Virus record (IMG/VR): IMGVR_UViG_2609459826_000002
Reading direction: 5' to 3' (one strand)
DNA from: a virus
Taxonomy: Duplodnaviria; Heunggongvirae; Uroviricota; Caudoviricetes
DNA: 64,000 bases
Shown: piece by piece, positions 20,185-29,613 of the stretch
How positions within the stretch are numbered: position 1 is the first letter of the stretch
How the letters are laid out: the number at the start of each line of letters is the position of its first letter
Made by a program: the position numbers and the translations under genes
Notes under the pieces: generated by a model
What the model was told of the DNA's origin: nothing
The model's input: only the letters and a program-made list of their open reading frames with translations
The model's database searches: none

Positions 20185-21351
20185 ATGGAATTGACCAAAA
20201 AAATGAGCAAAGCAAGCATACGCCACGTAATCGTTCATGAGCTCTTAAAAGAATCTAATAAAGACTTCGATCACTCCAAACCATACAATCTTCGTGATAC
20301 AGAACTAGATAAAACAAATGATATAGTAAAAAAATTAGTAGACGGTGTTATTGATTTGTATGGTTCAAAAGGGAACTCAGCGCATTATGGTGTTTTTATT
20401 AAAAATAAAACAAAGCAAGGCCCTATACCAGAACTATTTCATAAATACTCTTTAGTTCAACAATCTGTTTCAAGTGATTTCATTGAATTATCGAAGGAAG
20501 TTATGAAACAAATGTATAAATCTGCTCAAGAGCAGATTTGGGCTTCTGGAGGATATGTTGTTTTTACTGATTATATTTTATCTGGTTTCCGTTATCTATT
20601 GGTTACAATGATCAAAAAAACTAATGGCGTAACTATTAGTGAAAATTTAGAGCCAGAGGAAATGATTCACTTAGAACTTGGTAATATTAACCAAGCAGCA
20701 AAAATAAATTTCAGATATTATGAAGAATACCAAAAAGCAGATGACTTAAAAAAAACAGACTTAAGTTATCTAAGCTTTATAAGCAAAACTACGGGACAGT
20801 CAGCGGCAGCATATTTTATAGCAGCATTAGGATGTGACAAGGGGATTGCTTCAGCAGGTGCAACCCGTAAGTTACCAGATGAAATAAGGCGTTTCTTTAA
20901 GAAAGAACCTCTTTTAAAAAATCAAGCAGAGTCATTTAGAAATGATGTTATCAAATACTTAGAAAAGCAATTTGACAACGAGCACTCTGCAAGGCTTTCT
21001 GATATCGAATCGCTTGCTTCAGGCCATATGTCCGATTTAAAAGAGGAAGAAAAAACAGAACTTGTTGATAAATTAATGAAACACCTCAATAGTGAGGAAG
21101 TCAGAATCCCATCAGAGTTCGTAATCAATAAAAACTCCTTAGATAAAATCCGCAATGTGATATATAAAACCCCATCATTGAGCTTTCACTTCGACAAGGA
21201 TTTACTCGGTGTCACAACTGATGCTAAAATATATTATGATGACGAAAACCAAAGCCTAACATTTAATAATTTGCCTGTTGAAGCATTAACTAAGATAAGA
21301 AGAGCGTTGAAAGAAACTGATAACCCGAGTAATGAAGAAGATAAAGAATGA
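20185..21351 (+). CDS. NdpA/YejK-like nucleoid-associated protein homolog (cargo gene A)
   Basis: 388-aa ORF; core GGYVVFTDYILSGFRYLLVTMI...ENL...and C-terminal KIYYDDENQSLTFNNLP align by eye with E. coli YejK (recalled from memory); AT-rich; opposite strand to phage late genes. Confidence 0.65.
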   Translation: MELTKKMSKASIRHVIVHELLKESNKDFDHSKPYNLRDTELDKTNDIVKKLVDGVIDLYGSKGNSAHYGVFIKNKTKQGPIPELFHKYSLVQQSVSSDFIELSKEVMKQMYKSAQEQIWASGGYVVFTDYILSGFRYLLVTMIKKTNGVTISENLEPEEMIHLELGNINQAAKINFRYYEEYQKADDLKKTDLSYLSFISKTTGQSAAAYFIAALGCDKGIASAGATRKLPDEIRRFFKKEPLLKNQAESFRNDVIKYLEKQFDNEHSARLSDIESLASGHMSDLKEEEKTELVDKLMKHLNSEEVRIPSEFVINKNSLDKIRNVIYKTPSLSFHFDKDLLGVTTDAKIYYDDENQSLTFNNLPVEALTKIRRALKETDNPSNEEDKE

Positions 21352-22574
21352 ATGATTTTAGTATAATAGTTAATCTGTATAGATTATCAAGCTATCCTCA
21401 TTTTGACGGGGCTAAGTTTTCTGCGCGTATAGCTTATAATGCAGACGTAAAATCATTGTTCAAAAGAATTTTGAACCCTACTTTTCAAGCTGGTACAGCT
21501 GACGAAATAGAGGTGGATGGTCATTTAATTTATGATTATGAAGACTTTCCTGAAAAGGGAAATTTTCTTACATACTCGTTTAAAATTTCACAAGGAAGTG
21601 CGAATCGTTTTTATAAAAATAAAAACGAGTTTGTAAAAATAAACACGCTCAAGAAAGGCATAATGCCAGAGTATTTCTATATTATAGAGGATGATTTCTA
21701 TTCATTAGAAACACCAAAACCTTCTTATATCCAAAAAATTGAGGACATTTGTGAGCTAATCAATGCTCTTTCCATGCTTGCTCATTTCCATGATATAAAA
21801 AAAGATAGCAAAGGTACATTTTATCGTTTAGTCTTTATTTTAAACTCAGAGTCTAAATCTTCTTCTGCTGTAATTGAAACAAATATTACAGAAGAAATTT
21901 TTAATGATAAAACAGTAAATACTCAGTTAGTTAAAACATTAGTAAGTAGTGAAGCTACTACTGATGCCCATCACATTGAAAAGATTAACACTTTCAGAAA
22001 CACAGTTATTGAGTATGTTAATAAAAATGGAAATTCCTTTGTCGAGTTAATTAACAAGTGGGATTTCATATGCGAACTTTATACGAACAACTTAGCTGCT
22101 TATATGTCGGCATTTTCTTTTCATAAAGCAAGGAAAGAAGTTGTTGATGCTGAACTCGATTACTCAGAAAAACTGTCAAAAATAATTTCAGAAATTTCTA
22201 ACAAAGCTCTTGCAATACCTATTTCACTAGCTGGTTCAATTGCTATTTTCAAATTAACAACAAAAACTGATTGGATTATTGCTTTAATTGGATTGATTAT
22301 CACAGCAATAATAACATCTGCAATGATTGTGTCACAAAAAAAACAACTCGCTCGTATTTCACACTCTAAAGAAATACTTTTTGGACAATTAAGATATAGA
22401 ATAAAGGATGACACCAGCGATCTTAAAGAGAGCTTAGAAGAGGCTATTAAAAAATTAAATGACAATGAGGATTTTTGTCATAAGGTGCTTGACAGTTTAT
22501 TATCACTAGCATGGATGCCTACATTCATAGGCATCATCGGTATTTTATTTAAATTAATGCCAAATATTACTTGA
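21348..22574 (+). CDS. Hypothetical membrane-anchored protein (cargo gene B), translationally coupled to gene A
   Basis: 408-aa ORF; ATGA start/stop overlap with gene A; soluble N-terminal ~280 aa, then hydrophobic helices (ISLAGSIAIFKL...IIALIGLIITAIITSAMIV and WMPTFIGIIGILFKL). Confidence 0.6.
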   Translation: MNDFSIIVNLYRLSSYPHFDGAKFSARIAYNADVKSLFKRILNPTFQAGTADEIEVDGHLIYDYEDFPEKGNFLTYSFKISQGSANRFYKNKNEFVKINTLKKGIMPEYFYIIEDDFYSLETPKPSYIQKIEDICELINALSMLAHFHDIKKDSKGTFYRLVFILNSESKSSSAVIETNITEEIFNDKTVNTQLVKTLVSSEATTDAHHIEKINTFRNTVIEYVNKNGNSFVELINKWDFICELYTNNLAAYMSAFSFHKARKEVVDAELDYSEKLSKIISEISNKALAIPISLAGSIAIFKLTTKTDWIIALIGLIITAIITSAMIVSQKKQLARISHSKEILFGQLRYRIKDDTSDLKESLEEAIKKLNDNEDFCHKVLDSLLSLAWMPTFIGIIGILFKLMPNIT

Positions 22575-22926
22575 GCATGTACATAACCCCATTAATGAAA
22601 CCTAACGCAGTCTGCAATTGCTTCCGGATTGTTCCATCTGAGCATCTGCGTCTCTTCGCAATAGAACGCAGTGAAATACCTATAACGAAGTGAGCAATGA
22701 TCAGCTCATATTCGTCTGGTTTATACTTACACAGGCGGGCAACACAGCCGTCTATCATGATGCCTTCATCATCATCACACTGAAGGCGTATTTTTTTACC
22801 ATGAGGTAAAAGCCCCTTAAAGCCTGCTGCTATCGGCTGCCAGTCCACACCACTGTTATCTGCTGCAGCCCACGCTCCCCAGCGGTCTAAAACTTCATAC
22901 ATATCACGCATCAACTTTCTCCACAA
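22567..22926 (-). CDS. Late antiterminator Q (QuuD/phage 82 type)
   Basis: 119-aa ORF with ERWGAWAA...AGFKGL...CDDD...C..RL motif pattern resembling QuuD-like Q proteins (from memory). Confidence 0.65.
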   Translation of the reverse strand: MWRKLMRDMYEVLDRWGAWAAADNSGVDWQPIAAGFKGLLPHGKKIRLQCDDDEGIMIDGCVARLCKYKPDEYELIIAHFVIGISLRSIAKRRRCSDGTIRKQLQTALGFINGVMYMLK

Positions 22927-22928
22927 AA

Positions 22929-23924
22929 TCAGGCCAGCACGCCAATTGCCAGCGCACGATCGATAAAACGAAATATCAGCTCCAGCTGGGAGCCATACTT
23001 CTCTTCAAATGCCACGGTATCCGCATGCAGCTCGTCGTGATGCTTTCTGCACAAAGGCAACACAAAGAGGTCATGCGCTTTTGTACCCATCCCGCCCTGA
23101 CCGTGGCCTATCAGGTGGTGGGGATCATCAGCAGGCTTTCCACAACATGCACACGGCTGCGTCTTAACCCAGCGCGTGTACTTTTCGTTAACCCAGCGGC
23201 GACGTTTTGGGCGTAACATAAAAGACTCCGGCGACTCCGGATCCACTTTCAGCGCCAGCACCTTTTTCGCTTTATCCTGGATGATGCTGGTGGCAGGAAC
23301 CGAAGGCACAAGGTCACTTTCCCGGGTGACAGACGGCACAACAGGCTTCGGTAATCTCAGTGCCTTACGGGCTGCACTTTCCGGTAAGGCATCCGCCAGG
23401 TCATTACGAACCAGCCACCAGCACAGTTCCGGCATTGTCACAACGTGACTGTCATCAAAACCGAGATCCCGACGCACGACAGACAACACCCAGCGGGCAC
23501 AGTTATCCGTTGCCATTGATTCCAGCCGTTCCGTGAATTGATCGCGCAGCTGGTTATCGCAGTGCCAGCACAGACGGATTGCGCCCGGCGCGTGTCGCAT
23601 TGTGGTCATGTTCTCGCTGTGCCAGTCGGAATGAGGCCATTGGCAGCCTTTTTCACGAAGTAACCAGCTTTCAAGACATTCCACCCCACCAGCACGACGG
23701 ATCACTGCCTCATTGCGGAACACGGCCCGAACGGCAGGATCATCCGCCAGCGGTTGTGATGCCGCCGGAACGGCACCACTGGCGAAAGATGAATAACGTT
23801 CCGGCTCAGGCTCCAGCAGGACACGCCCCTGCATAAACAGGGGCATCAGCTCTGAACCGGGCCTGAACAATACGATCCCCATACGCGGGGCAATTTCAGG
23901 GGTCAGTAGTGCTCTCACGGTCAC
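22929..23924 (-). CDS. Phage protein with C-terminal Cys/His (HNH-like) motif, DUF968-like
   Basis: 331-aa ORF; C-terminus CACCGKPADDPHHLIGHGQGG...CRKHHDELH. Confidence 0.4.
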   Translation of the reverse strand: MTVRALLTPEIAPRMGIVLFRPGSELMPLFMQGRVLLEPEPERYSSFASGAVPAASQPLADDPAVRAVFRNEAVIRRAGGVECLESWLLREKGCQWPHSDWHSENMTTMRHAPGAIRLCWHCDNQLRDQFTERLESMATDNCARWVLSVVRRDLGFDDSHVVTMPELCWWLVRNDLADALPESAARKALRLPKPVVPSVTRESDLVPSVPATSIIQDKAKKVLALKVDPESPESFMLRPKRRRWVNEKYTRWVKTQPCACCGKPADDPHHLIGHGQGGMGTKAHDLFVLPLCRKHHDELHADTVAFEEKYGSQLELIFRFIDRALAIGVLA

Positions 23925-23925
23925 C

Positions 23926-24768
23926 TCAATGAACGGTATCGAGCAGCTTTAACAGCTCAGGGAATCGGGATTCGAAGAAATGCGGCTGCGTCTCGCGCGG
24001 ATTTGCGGGACTGGTGATGTTCTTGCCGAACATGCAGCCTTTCGCTGTCAGCGACCAGAATTTTTTGATGTTGTTAATCGCGGTACGGCTGTATCGTTCG
24101 CGCTGCTCGACGATCCCCAGCTTCACCATCTGGTGATATGCCTGATTAGCCGTCAGGCAGATACCATACTGTTTCAGCAGTGCACTCAGTGACAGTGTCG
24201 GGCGACTTGAGCCATCGTGTGCATCAGCAGGAGCATCAATGGCATAGCGCGGTGCCAGATTCGGTAAGCCAACAGCCTCCTGGAGTTTCTGACAGGCACC
24301 AAGCACAGATGAGTTAGACAGGTTTAACTCCCGACGCATAAAGTCCAGCAGAATCACACCAGCCTGCATCTTGTCAGCAGCCTGTCCGGATAATTTTTCC
24401 GGTGCGCTGGTTACCATGTCGAAAGTACGGATCACCTTCAGATGGAATGACGGGCTGATCCACATTGCATAGGCATACACCAGTTCCTTGCAGACATAAG
24501 TTCCCCGTTCATTTCCCCCATGAATCACACTCACCGGGTCAACACCCAAATTCTGGGTGTTGGTCAATTCATGAACAAGTTCAACAGTTTGTTGGCTGGA
24601 AAGAAACTTTCCTGGCTCCTTGGTTCTGGCATTTGCACCAGATGCTACTGCTGCGCGATGCAGATCGTTCAGGCTGTAACGCCCATAAGCATCACGACGA
24701 ACTTCAATACCATCAATGACCATCAGATTATTCATACTTCGTTTCTCCTCTTGCTCAGGCGGCTGCAC
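23926..24768 (-). CDS. KilA-N domain protein (antirepressor-like)
   Basis: 280-aa ORF; N-terminal region VIDGIEVRRDAYGRYSLNDLHRAA typical of KilA-N. Confidence 0.7.
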   Translation of the reverse strand: MQPPEQEEKRSMNNLMVIDGIEVRRDAYGRYSLNDLHRAAVASGANARTKEPGKFLSSQQTVELVHELTNTQNLGVDPVSVIHGGNERGTYVCKELVYAYAMWISPSFHLKVIRTFDMVTSAPEKLSGQAADKMQAGVILLDFMRRELNLSNSSVLGACQKLQEAVGLPNLAPRYAIDAPADAHDGSSRPTLSLSALLKQYGICLTANQAYHQMVKLGIVEQRERYSRTAINNIKKFWSLTAKGCMFGKNITSPANPRETQPHFFESRFPELLKLLDTVH

Positions 24769-25144
24769 CCGCCGTTTTCTCGTACTTACTGATAGTGATC
24801 TCGACCTTCCCTTCCGGGATAACCGGTCCCCACTCCACCAGCATTCTTTTCACCTGGCTGTCGTCTTCCCACACACCCACGTGGGTCAGAACGTCAAACA
24901 GCGCCTTGTTATAGTTGTCCAGATCGCGGATCCGGTTATCCGGAGGAAACAACACGATCTCCACTGAAGCAGGTGCCGACGTTGGTTTTGGCAGACGACG
25001 TAACTGCTCAACTATTGCTGCACACGCCGCGCTCTGGAATTTTCGCCCCGCCGCGCTTATCAGGCTCTTACCTGCAAGCGCCCCTTTATTGGGGTGTCGC
25101 CAGTACGTGTTCACGCTGGGCGGAAAAGGCAGAATCAGCTTCAT
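24755..25144 (-). CDS. rusA: Holliday junction resolvase RusA
   Basis: 129-aa ORF with LPFPPSVNTYWRH...RDLDNYNKALFDVLT..GVWEDDSQV pattern matching RusA. Confidence 0.85.
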   Translation of the reverse strand: MKLILPFPPSVNTYWRHPNKGALAGKSLISAAGRKFQSAACAAIVEQLRRLPKPTSAPASVEIVLFPPDNRIRDLDNYNKALFDVLTHVGVWEDDSQVKRMLVEWGPVIPEGKVEITISKYEKTAGAAA

Positions 25145-25467
25145 ACTTTCAGGCCCCTCTCATGTAACCAGTGGGCTGCACGCAGCCTGGCGTTTTCCTC
25201 ACCGGCAAGCAGTGAGCGGATAATCCCGACCGCCTCGCTGTCGTCGTCCTTCACCGCGGTATGAAGCGTTATCCCCCGGGCCACGCCACGCTTTATCGTG
25301 ATGACGCCTTTTTTCTCCAGCGCACGAAGATGCTCCACCGCTGCATTCACCGAACGGTATCCCAGCATGGTTGCCACCTCCTGATTGGTTGGCGGGAAAC
25401 CACGTTCTTTCTGATAAGAAATCAGCATATCCAGCACCTGCTGCTGGCATTGAGTTAACGTCGTCAT
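25141..25467 (-). CDS. LexA-N-like winged-helix DNA-binding protein
   Basis: 108-aa ORF; LTQCQQQVLDMLISYQKERGFPPTNQEVATMLGYRS resembles LexA DNA-binding domain. Confidence 0.5.
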   Translation of the reverse strand: MTTLTQCQQQVLDMLISYQKERGFPPTNQEVATMLGYRSVNAAVEHLRALEKKGVITIKRGVARGITLHTAVKDDDSEAVGIIRSLLAGEENARLRAAHWLHERGLKV

Positions 25468-26117
25468 GCCGCCATCTCCCTGACCAGTTTTTCCGCCTGC
25501 TGACGAACCTGCTCCAGAAACGCCTCACCACATGCCTCAAGTTCATCGCGCCCGATGTAGCTGATTGCCGGTCCATTCCAGGTCTTGTCGAAAACAGCAA
25601 TAGCACCAGCGAAGAAAGCGCCTGTCGGCACCTGCTTCTCATCCTTCGGGATAAACCAGGCAGGCAGTTCAAAACCAATACGCCCGCGAATAAAAGCAAT
25701 ATGATCTGCATCTTCCGGCCACCACACTTCGCTGGTGGCAGCTTTGATCAGGAAAACATAGCGCCCGCCCTTATCACGCATGGCACTGGCATGCTTCATG
25801 ATGTAACGCATGCCGGTGATGTATTGCCCCTCATGCTGACTGGCGCGGCTGTATGGGGGATTACCAAAGGCAGCACCTTTTAGCTCCGCAAGACGTTCTG
25901 ACCAGTCATGCGCCAGCGCGTTGTCTTCCGCCGTGTAATACGCAGCACATTTGGCGTTATCACCGTCAGTGAACAGATCCAGAACAAACGGGCCAAACAG
26001 GGTGTTAATTCCCCAGAAAATGTTATCCGGCGTGCGCCACTGATCGCCCACTTCCTTCAGTTCATGGGCTGGTTTGTTCCGCAGTTCGACCAGCGCCTGG
26101 CAATATTTATTACTCAT
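25464..26117 (-). CDS. Phage DNA N6-adenine methyltransferase (Dam-like); start taken at MSNKYCQ
   Basis: NPPYS motif (AAFGNPPYSRA); typical nin-region position. Confidence 0.8.
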   Translation of the reverse strand: MSNKYCQALVELRNKPAHELKEVGDQWRTPDNIFWGINTLFGPFVLDLFTDGDNAKCAAYYTAEDNALAHDWSERLAELKGAAFGNPPYSRASQHEGQYITGMRYIMKHASAMRDKGGRYVFLIKAATSEVWWPEDADHIAFIRGRIGFELPAWFIPKDEKQVPTGAFFAGAIAVFDKTWNGPAISYIGRDELEACGEAFLEQVRQQAEKLVREMAA

Positions 26118-26611
26118 TAAGCCCCCACGTAATTCCCTGACAGATACCACTCATCACCCGGTACAGCGCGCTTGCTGCTTTTCCGTAAACACCGCTCACG
26201 ACGCGCAAGAAAATTGTTTCGCTCTGGCTGGGAGTGGCTTTCACGGAATGCCGCCATCCACACCGTTGCAGCACGACGGTATAAGCCCCTGGACTCCAGT
26301 TCTTCCGCCTGGCGGGTCAGGCACAAAATCACCCGGGGATCGTTAGTGCCGACATAGAAATTGCGCACAGGTCTGGTTTCACGAACTGGTTGTGGTTCCG
26401 GCTCCTGCGCTCTCTCAGTCAGGCGTGGGAAATGTCTGCGTGTATCTCCTTCACAACGGTGAGCCACACGCCCACTCTGACGTAACTTGCTTGCTGACTG
26501 CAGAACGCGCTGCCGTGAGTAACCTGCAAAAGCATCCGCAATGTCTCCGGAAGTACACCCCGGATGGGCTTCAATGAATTTCTGAACTTCATTCAAAAGA
26601 CTCATGATCAC
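26117..26611 (-). CDS. Phage regulatory protein, PerC/ANR-like C-terminus (tentative)
   Basis: 164-aa ORF; LYRRAATVWMAAF motif reminiscent of PerC family. Confidence 0.35.
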   Translation of the reverse strand: MIMSLLNEVQKFIEAHPGCTSGDIADAFAGYSRQRVLQSASKLRQSGRVAHRCEGDTRRHFPRLTERAQEPEPQPVRETRPVRNFYVGTNDPRVILCLTRQAEELESRGLYRRAATVWMAAFRESHSQPERNNFLARRERCLRKSSKRAVPGDEWYLSGNYVGA

Positions 26612-27549
26612 CCCCTGAATCCTGCCGGGATCTGGCTGTAGTCCACGTTGTCGTAACTGGCTTTGAAGTACGGGTCTTCGCGTTTTTCTGTGTACGTGCT
26701 GACGGACGGCGATAAGCGCAGGGAAAGCTCATCCCATTTTTCCCGCAGCTTCGACGGGCTGAGCACGTTACGGCACCAGAACGGATCGCGGCTGACGCGG
26801 CTGTACATCTCGCAGATTTGTTTGTGAGTACGACCATCCTGCACACACATCAGGCGAATTTCGTTTGCCCAGGCTGTCCAGTTCGGTTCTTTGGGACGAA
26901 CCACCTCGCCGTCACATTCGGCAGCCTGCTCGTACAGGGCGATGATTTTTTTCCAGAGCCACTGTGCGCAGGTCAAATCATCCTGCGTCCCCCACTGGCG
27001 CTTTTTAGGGCTGAATACAACCGCATCAGGATGGCGAGTTAAAAAATCCTGTTCAGCCGTCTGCGTGTCCGGTTGCGAAGCGTCCGGACGAGAAGGTTTT
27101 TTATCTGACGGATCATGTTTTGATTTTACTGACGGATCCCCGCCAGATTCTGACGGGTGAAAACCCGCTTTTTTGCCAGATTTCGACGCATCAAATTTTG
27201 ACGGGTCAGATTTTGATGCGTCAGATTTTGACGGGTCAGAATCTGACAGTTGAGAAAATGCCGCTGCCTGAAGCTTCGCAACGTTAAGCTGATAAACATT
27301 CGACGCATTGCGGTTACCCTGGCGACGCGCCTTACGCGTTAACCAGCCTTCTGCTTCCAGCCGTGCGATAGCCGTTCTGACGGTACTCATCCCCGCGCCA
27401 ATCTGACGGGCAATGGTTTCAATTGATGGCCAGCACACACCTTCGTCATTACTGAAATCAGCCAAGCGGGCCATAATTGCCACGCTGGATAACTTCATGC
27501 CTGATGCAGCGCAACCATCCCATACATAGCCGGTTAATTTAGTGCTCAT
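26608..27549 (-). CDS. Replication initiator protein O-like, with embedded iterons
   Basis: 313-aa ORF; N-terminal HTH-like region; internal peptide repeats DPSKSDASKSDPSKFDASKSG encoded by DNA direct repeats. Confidence 0.7.
   Translation of the reverse strand: MSTKLTGYVWDGCAASGMKLSSVAIMARLADFSNDEGVCWPSIETIARQIGAGMSTVRTAIARLEAEGWLTRKARRQGNRNASNVYQLNVAKLQAAAFSQLSDSDPSKSDASKSDPSKFDASKSGKKAGFHPSESGGDPSVKSKHDPSDKKPSRPDASQPDTQTAEQDFLTRHPDAVVFSPKKRQWGTQDDLTCAQWLWKKIIALYEQAAECDGEVVRPKEPNWTAWANEIRLMCVQDGRTHKQICEMYSRVSRDPFWCRNVLSPSKLREKWDELSLRLSPSVSTYTEKREDPYFKASYDNVDYSQIPAGFRG
27120..27252. repeat. Iteron-like direct repeats (candidate phage replication origin)
   Basis: About seven imperfect ~15-bp repeats of ATTTTGACGGGTCAG/ATTTTGATGCGTCAG inside the O-like gene. 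Confidence 0.6.
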
Positions 27550-27893
27550 GACCGACCTCTATTTCCCTGAATTTACGACGAAACTGTTCGAGCGGACTGA
27601 AGCATTCATGCTCATAACCTTCGCGGAGGTAGATAACCCGTTGTGTTTCCGGCTCCCAACGAATGACTCTGACGGGCACTCCGTAGTGATCTTTGAACCA
27701 GCGGTTAACTTGTCGCAAAGGACTGTCTCCTTCTGCCGGTTGAAATCACCCACAGCCCACTCTGCAAAGCTGTGGGTTACAATTTCCCTGTCACCTGGTA
27801 CATTCACTGCATAGCAATATTCCACCTTCGCTTTTCCACCCGGTACAGGAAGCGCAATCAGTTGCGAGCGACGGTAGTGTGTTGTTAAACTGT

Positions 27894-28463
27894 TCATGCG
27901 TTAGTTTCTCCACAACCAGAAGCAATCGACGCCACGACGCCCGGAGCTGCACACTCGCGGGCGTCATTACTTTCTGAAATGCAAAAAATTTTGTAGACAA
28001 GTGCTGCATGCTCCTGCAGCCTCGAAATTGAGAGATACAGCTCGTCGTTAATTGCTGTCTTCTCATGCGGTTCCACTACACCGTCTTCGATTGCTGAACG
28101 AATCTGTTTTGAATAACTGCCGATCTGTTCAATGACTTCCAGCAGACGCTGGTTAATATCGGCGTTGTCCACATCCTCGACGTCAGGAAGAGACACAAAG
28201 ACGCCATTTGCAGACTGCGCCACAGCATCAGCAATGAAGTGAGTGCCACCAGCACGCTGTAAAACCATTGCCCATCCCAGCGGGAAAATCTGATCGCCAT
28301 CTGCACGAAGGCGGTTGAATAAAGCGTTTTCTGTTACATCGAGCCAGTCAGCCGCTTCAGCGTAACCACCCGGCAACGCCGCGATAGTTTTTCTGACAGC
28401 TTTCACGTACCACTCAGGCTGTTTTTCTATTTTCCAGTGATGCTTACCCACGATTAGCCTCAT
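27894..28463 (-). CDS. Hypothetical regulatory protein in cII position (YdaT-like?)
   Basis: 189-aa ORF immediately downstream of the cro-like gene; family assignment uncertain. Confidence 0.35.
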   Translation of the reverse strand: MRLIVGKHHWKIEKQPEWYVKAVRKTIAALPGGYAEAADWLDVTENALFNRLRADGDQIFPLGWAMVLQRAGGTHFIADAVAQSANGVFVSLPDVEDVDNADINQRLLEVIEQIGSYSKQIRSAIEDGVVEPHEKTAINDELYLSISRLQEHAALVYKIFCISESNDARECAAPGVVASIASGCGETNA

Positions 28464-28494
28464 CGTTCTGTGGTTAAAAATTGAAAGTGTTCTG

Positions 28495-28719
28495 CTAATC
28501 TTTCGGATAGATATCCGGTCTTAAGTCAGATTTCGTAATTGCACCTGACGTGCATTGCTCAAGTTTTTTAGCCAGCACAAAACTGGCTTTTTTATAGCCA
28601 TTGAAAACCAGCCGTAAGTAGCCAGGTGTTGAGCCAACTTTTCCGGCCAACTCGCCCTGCTGTTCTTTGGTTAAAGAGTCCCAATACGCTTTCATACAAT
28701 ATGTACCTCCAGTGTACAT
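28495..28719 (-). CDS. Cro-like HTH regulator (YdaS-like)
   Basis: 74-aa ORF divergent from the CI-like repressor; possible internal start at MKAYW. Confidence 0.6.
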   Translation of the reverse strand: MYTGGTYCMKAYWDSLTKEQQGELAGKVGSTPGYLRLVFNGYKKASFVLAKKLEQCTSGAITKSDLRPDIYPKD

Positions 28720-28770
28720 ATTACATGATTAAAATGAACCTTCAAGATACTTGTACCTTAACGGTACAAG
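28702..28770. promoter_or_regulatory. Immunity-region operators (two palindromes with TGTAC half-sites)
   Basis: TGTACctccagtGTACA at 28702..28718 and cTTGTACCttaaCGGTACAAg at 28750..28770 between divergent cro-like and cI-like genes. Confidence 0.5.
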
Positions 28771-28785
28771 GGTTTTAATTTCGTT

Positions 28786-29460
28786 ATGAAAACAATCCAT
28801 GACATCCGGCGGTCTAACGCCAGAAAACTGAGAGATGGTGTTGGCGGGAATTCTTCCTTTGCCACTATGATTGATCGCGAGCCAACCCAGACCAGCAGGT
28901 TTATGGGAGATGGTGCTACTAAAAATATCGGTGACAGCATGGCACGACACATCGAAAAATGTTTCGACCTGCCTGTCGGATGGCTCGATCAAGAACACCA
29001 GACAACGAACATCACAAAAAAACCTGATGTTTCAATCACTAATAAACAAATCACATTAGTCCCTGTCATATCATGGGTACAGGCCGGAGCATGGAAAGAA
29101 GTTGGATATTCTGAGGTTGATTTGAGCACAGCAGAAACGTATCCCTGCCCTGTACCCTGTGGGGAAATGACTTATATCTTGCGGGTGATAGGTGATTCAA
29201 TGATTGATGAGTACCGCCCGGGAGACATGATTTTTGTCGATCCTGAAGTACCTGCCTGCCACGGTGACGACGTTATTGCATTGATGCACGATACAGGTGA
29301 AACCACCTTCAAAAGGTTGATAGAAGATGGGACACAGCGTTATCTCAAAGCGTTAAACCCAAACTGGCCTGAGCCTTACATTAAGATCAACGGTAATTGC
29401 TCTATAATTGGAACTGTGATTTTCTCAGGAAAACCAAGAAGATACAAAATCAAAGCCTAA
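28786..29460 (+). CDS. CI-like repressor (HTH + S24 LexA-type peptidase domain)
   Basis: 224-aa ORF; C-terminal RVIGDSM...GD..FVD motif pattern of S24 autoproteolytic domain. Confidence 0.85.
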   Translation: MKTIHDIRRSNARKLRDGVGGNSSFATMIDREPTQTSRFMGDGATKNIGDSMARHIEKCFDLPVGWLDQEHQTTNITKKPDVSITNKQITLVPVISWVQAGAWKEVGYSEVDLSTAETYPCPVPCGEMTYILRVIGDSMIDEYRPGDMIFVDPEVPACHGDDVIALMHDTGETTFKRLIEDGTQRYLKALNPNWPEPYIKINGNCSIIGTVIFSGKPRRYKIKA

Positions 29461-29472
29461 TCAATGTTTATG

Positions 29473-29496
29473 AACCTGCTTCGGCAGGTTTTTTTA
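29473..29496 (+). terminator. Rho-independent terminator after the cI-like gene
   Basis: AACCTGCttcgGCAGGTT stem-loop followed by TTTTT. Confidence 0.65.
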
Positions 29497-29499
29497 TAC

Positions 29500-29527
29500 T
29501 TGACAATGTACCTATGAGATACATAAT
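29500..29527 (+). promoter_or_regulatory. Candidate sigma70 promoter with operator-like TGTACC repeats
   Basis: TTGACA, 16-bp spacer, CATAAT; spacer contains TGTACC motifs like the immunity-region half-sites. Confidence 0.45.
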
Positions 29528-29613
29528 GTACCCAAGAGAAACAACAAACAGGCAGGACGCCCACGAAGTAGCCGCCGGTGGCGTATGAATGACCGGATGA
29601 TTCGTTAAATACT

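Noticed and set aside
27120-27252. Direct repeats as a CRISPR array
   Set aside because: Repeats are contiguous without spacers, lie inside a replication-gene reading frame, and match the iteron arrangement of lambdoid origins.
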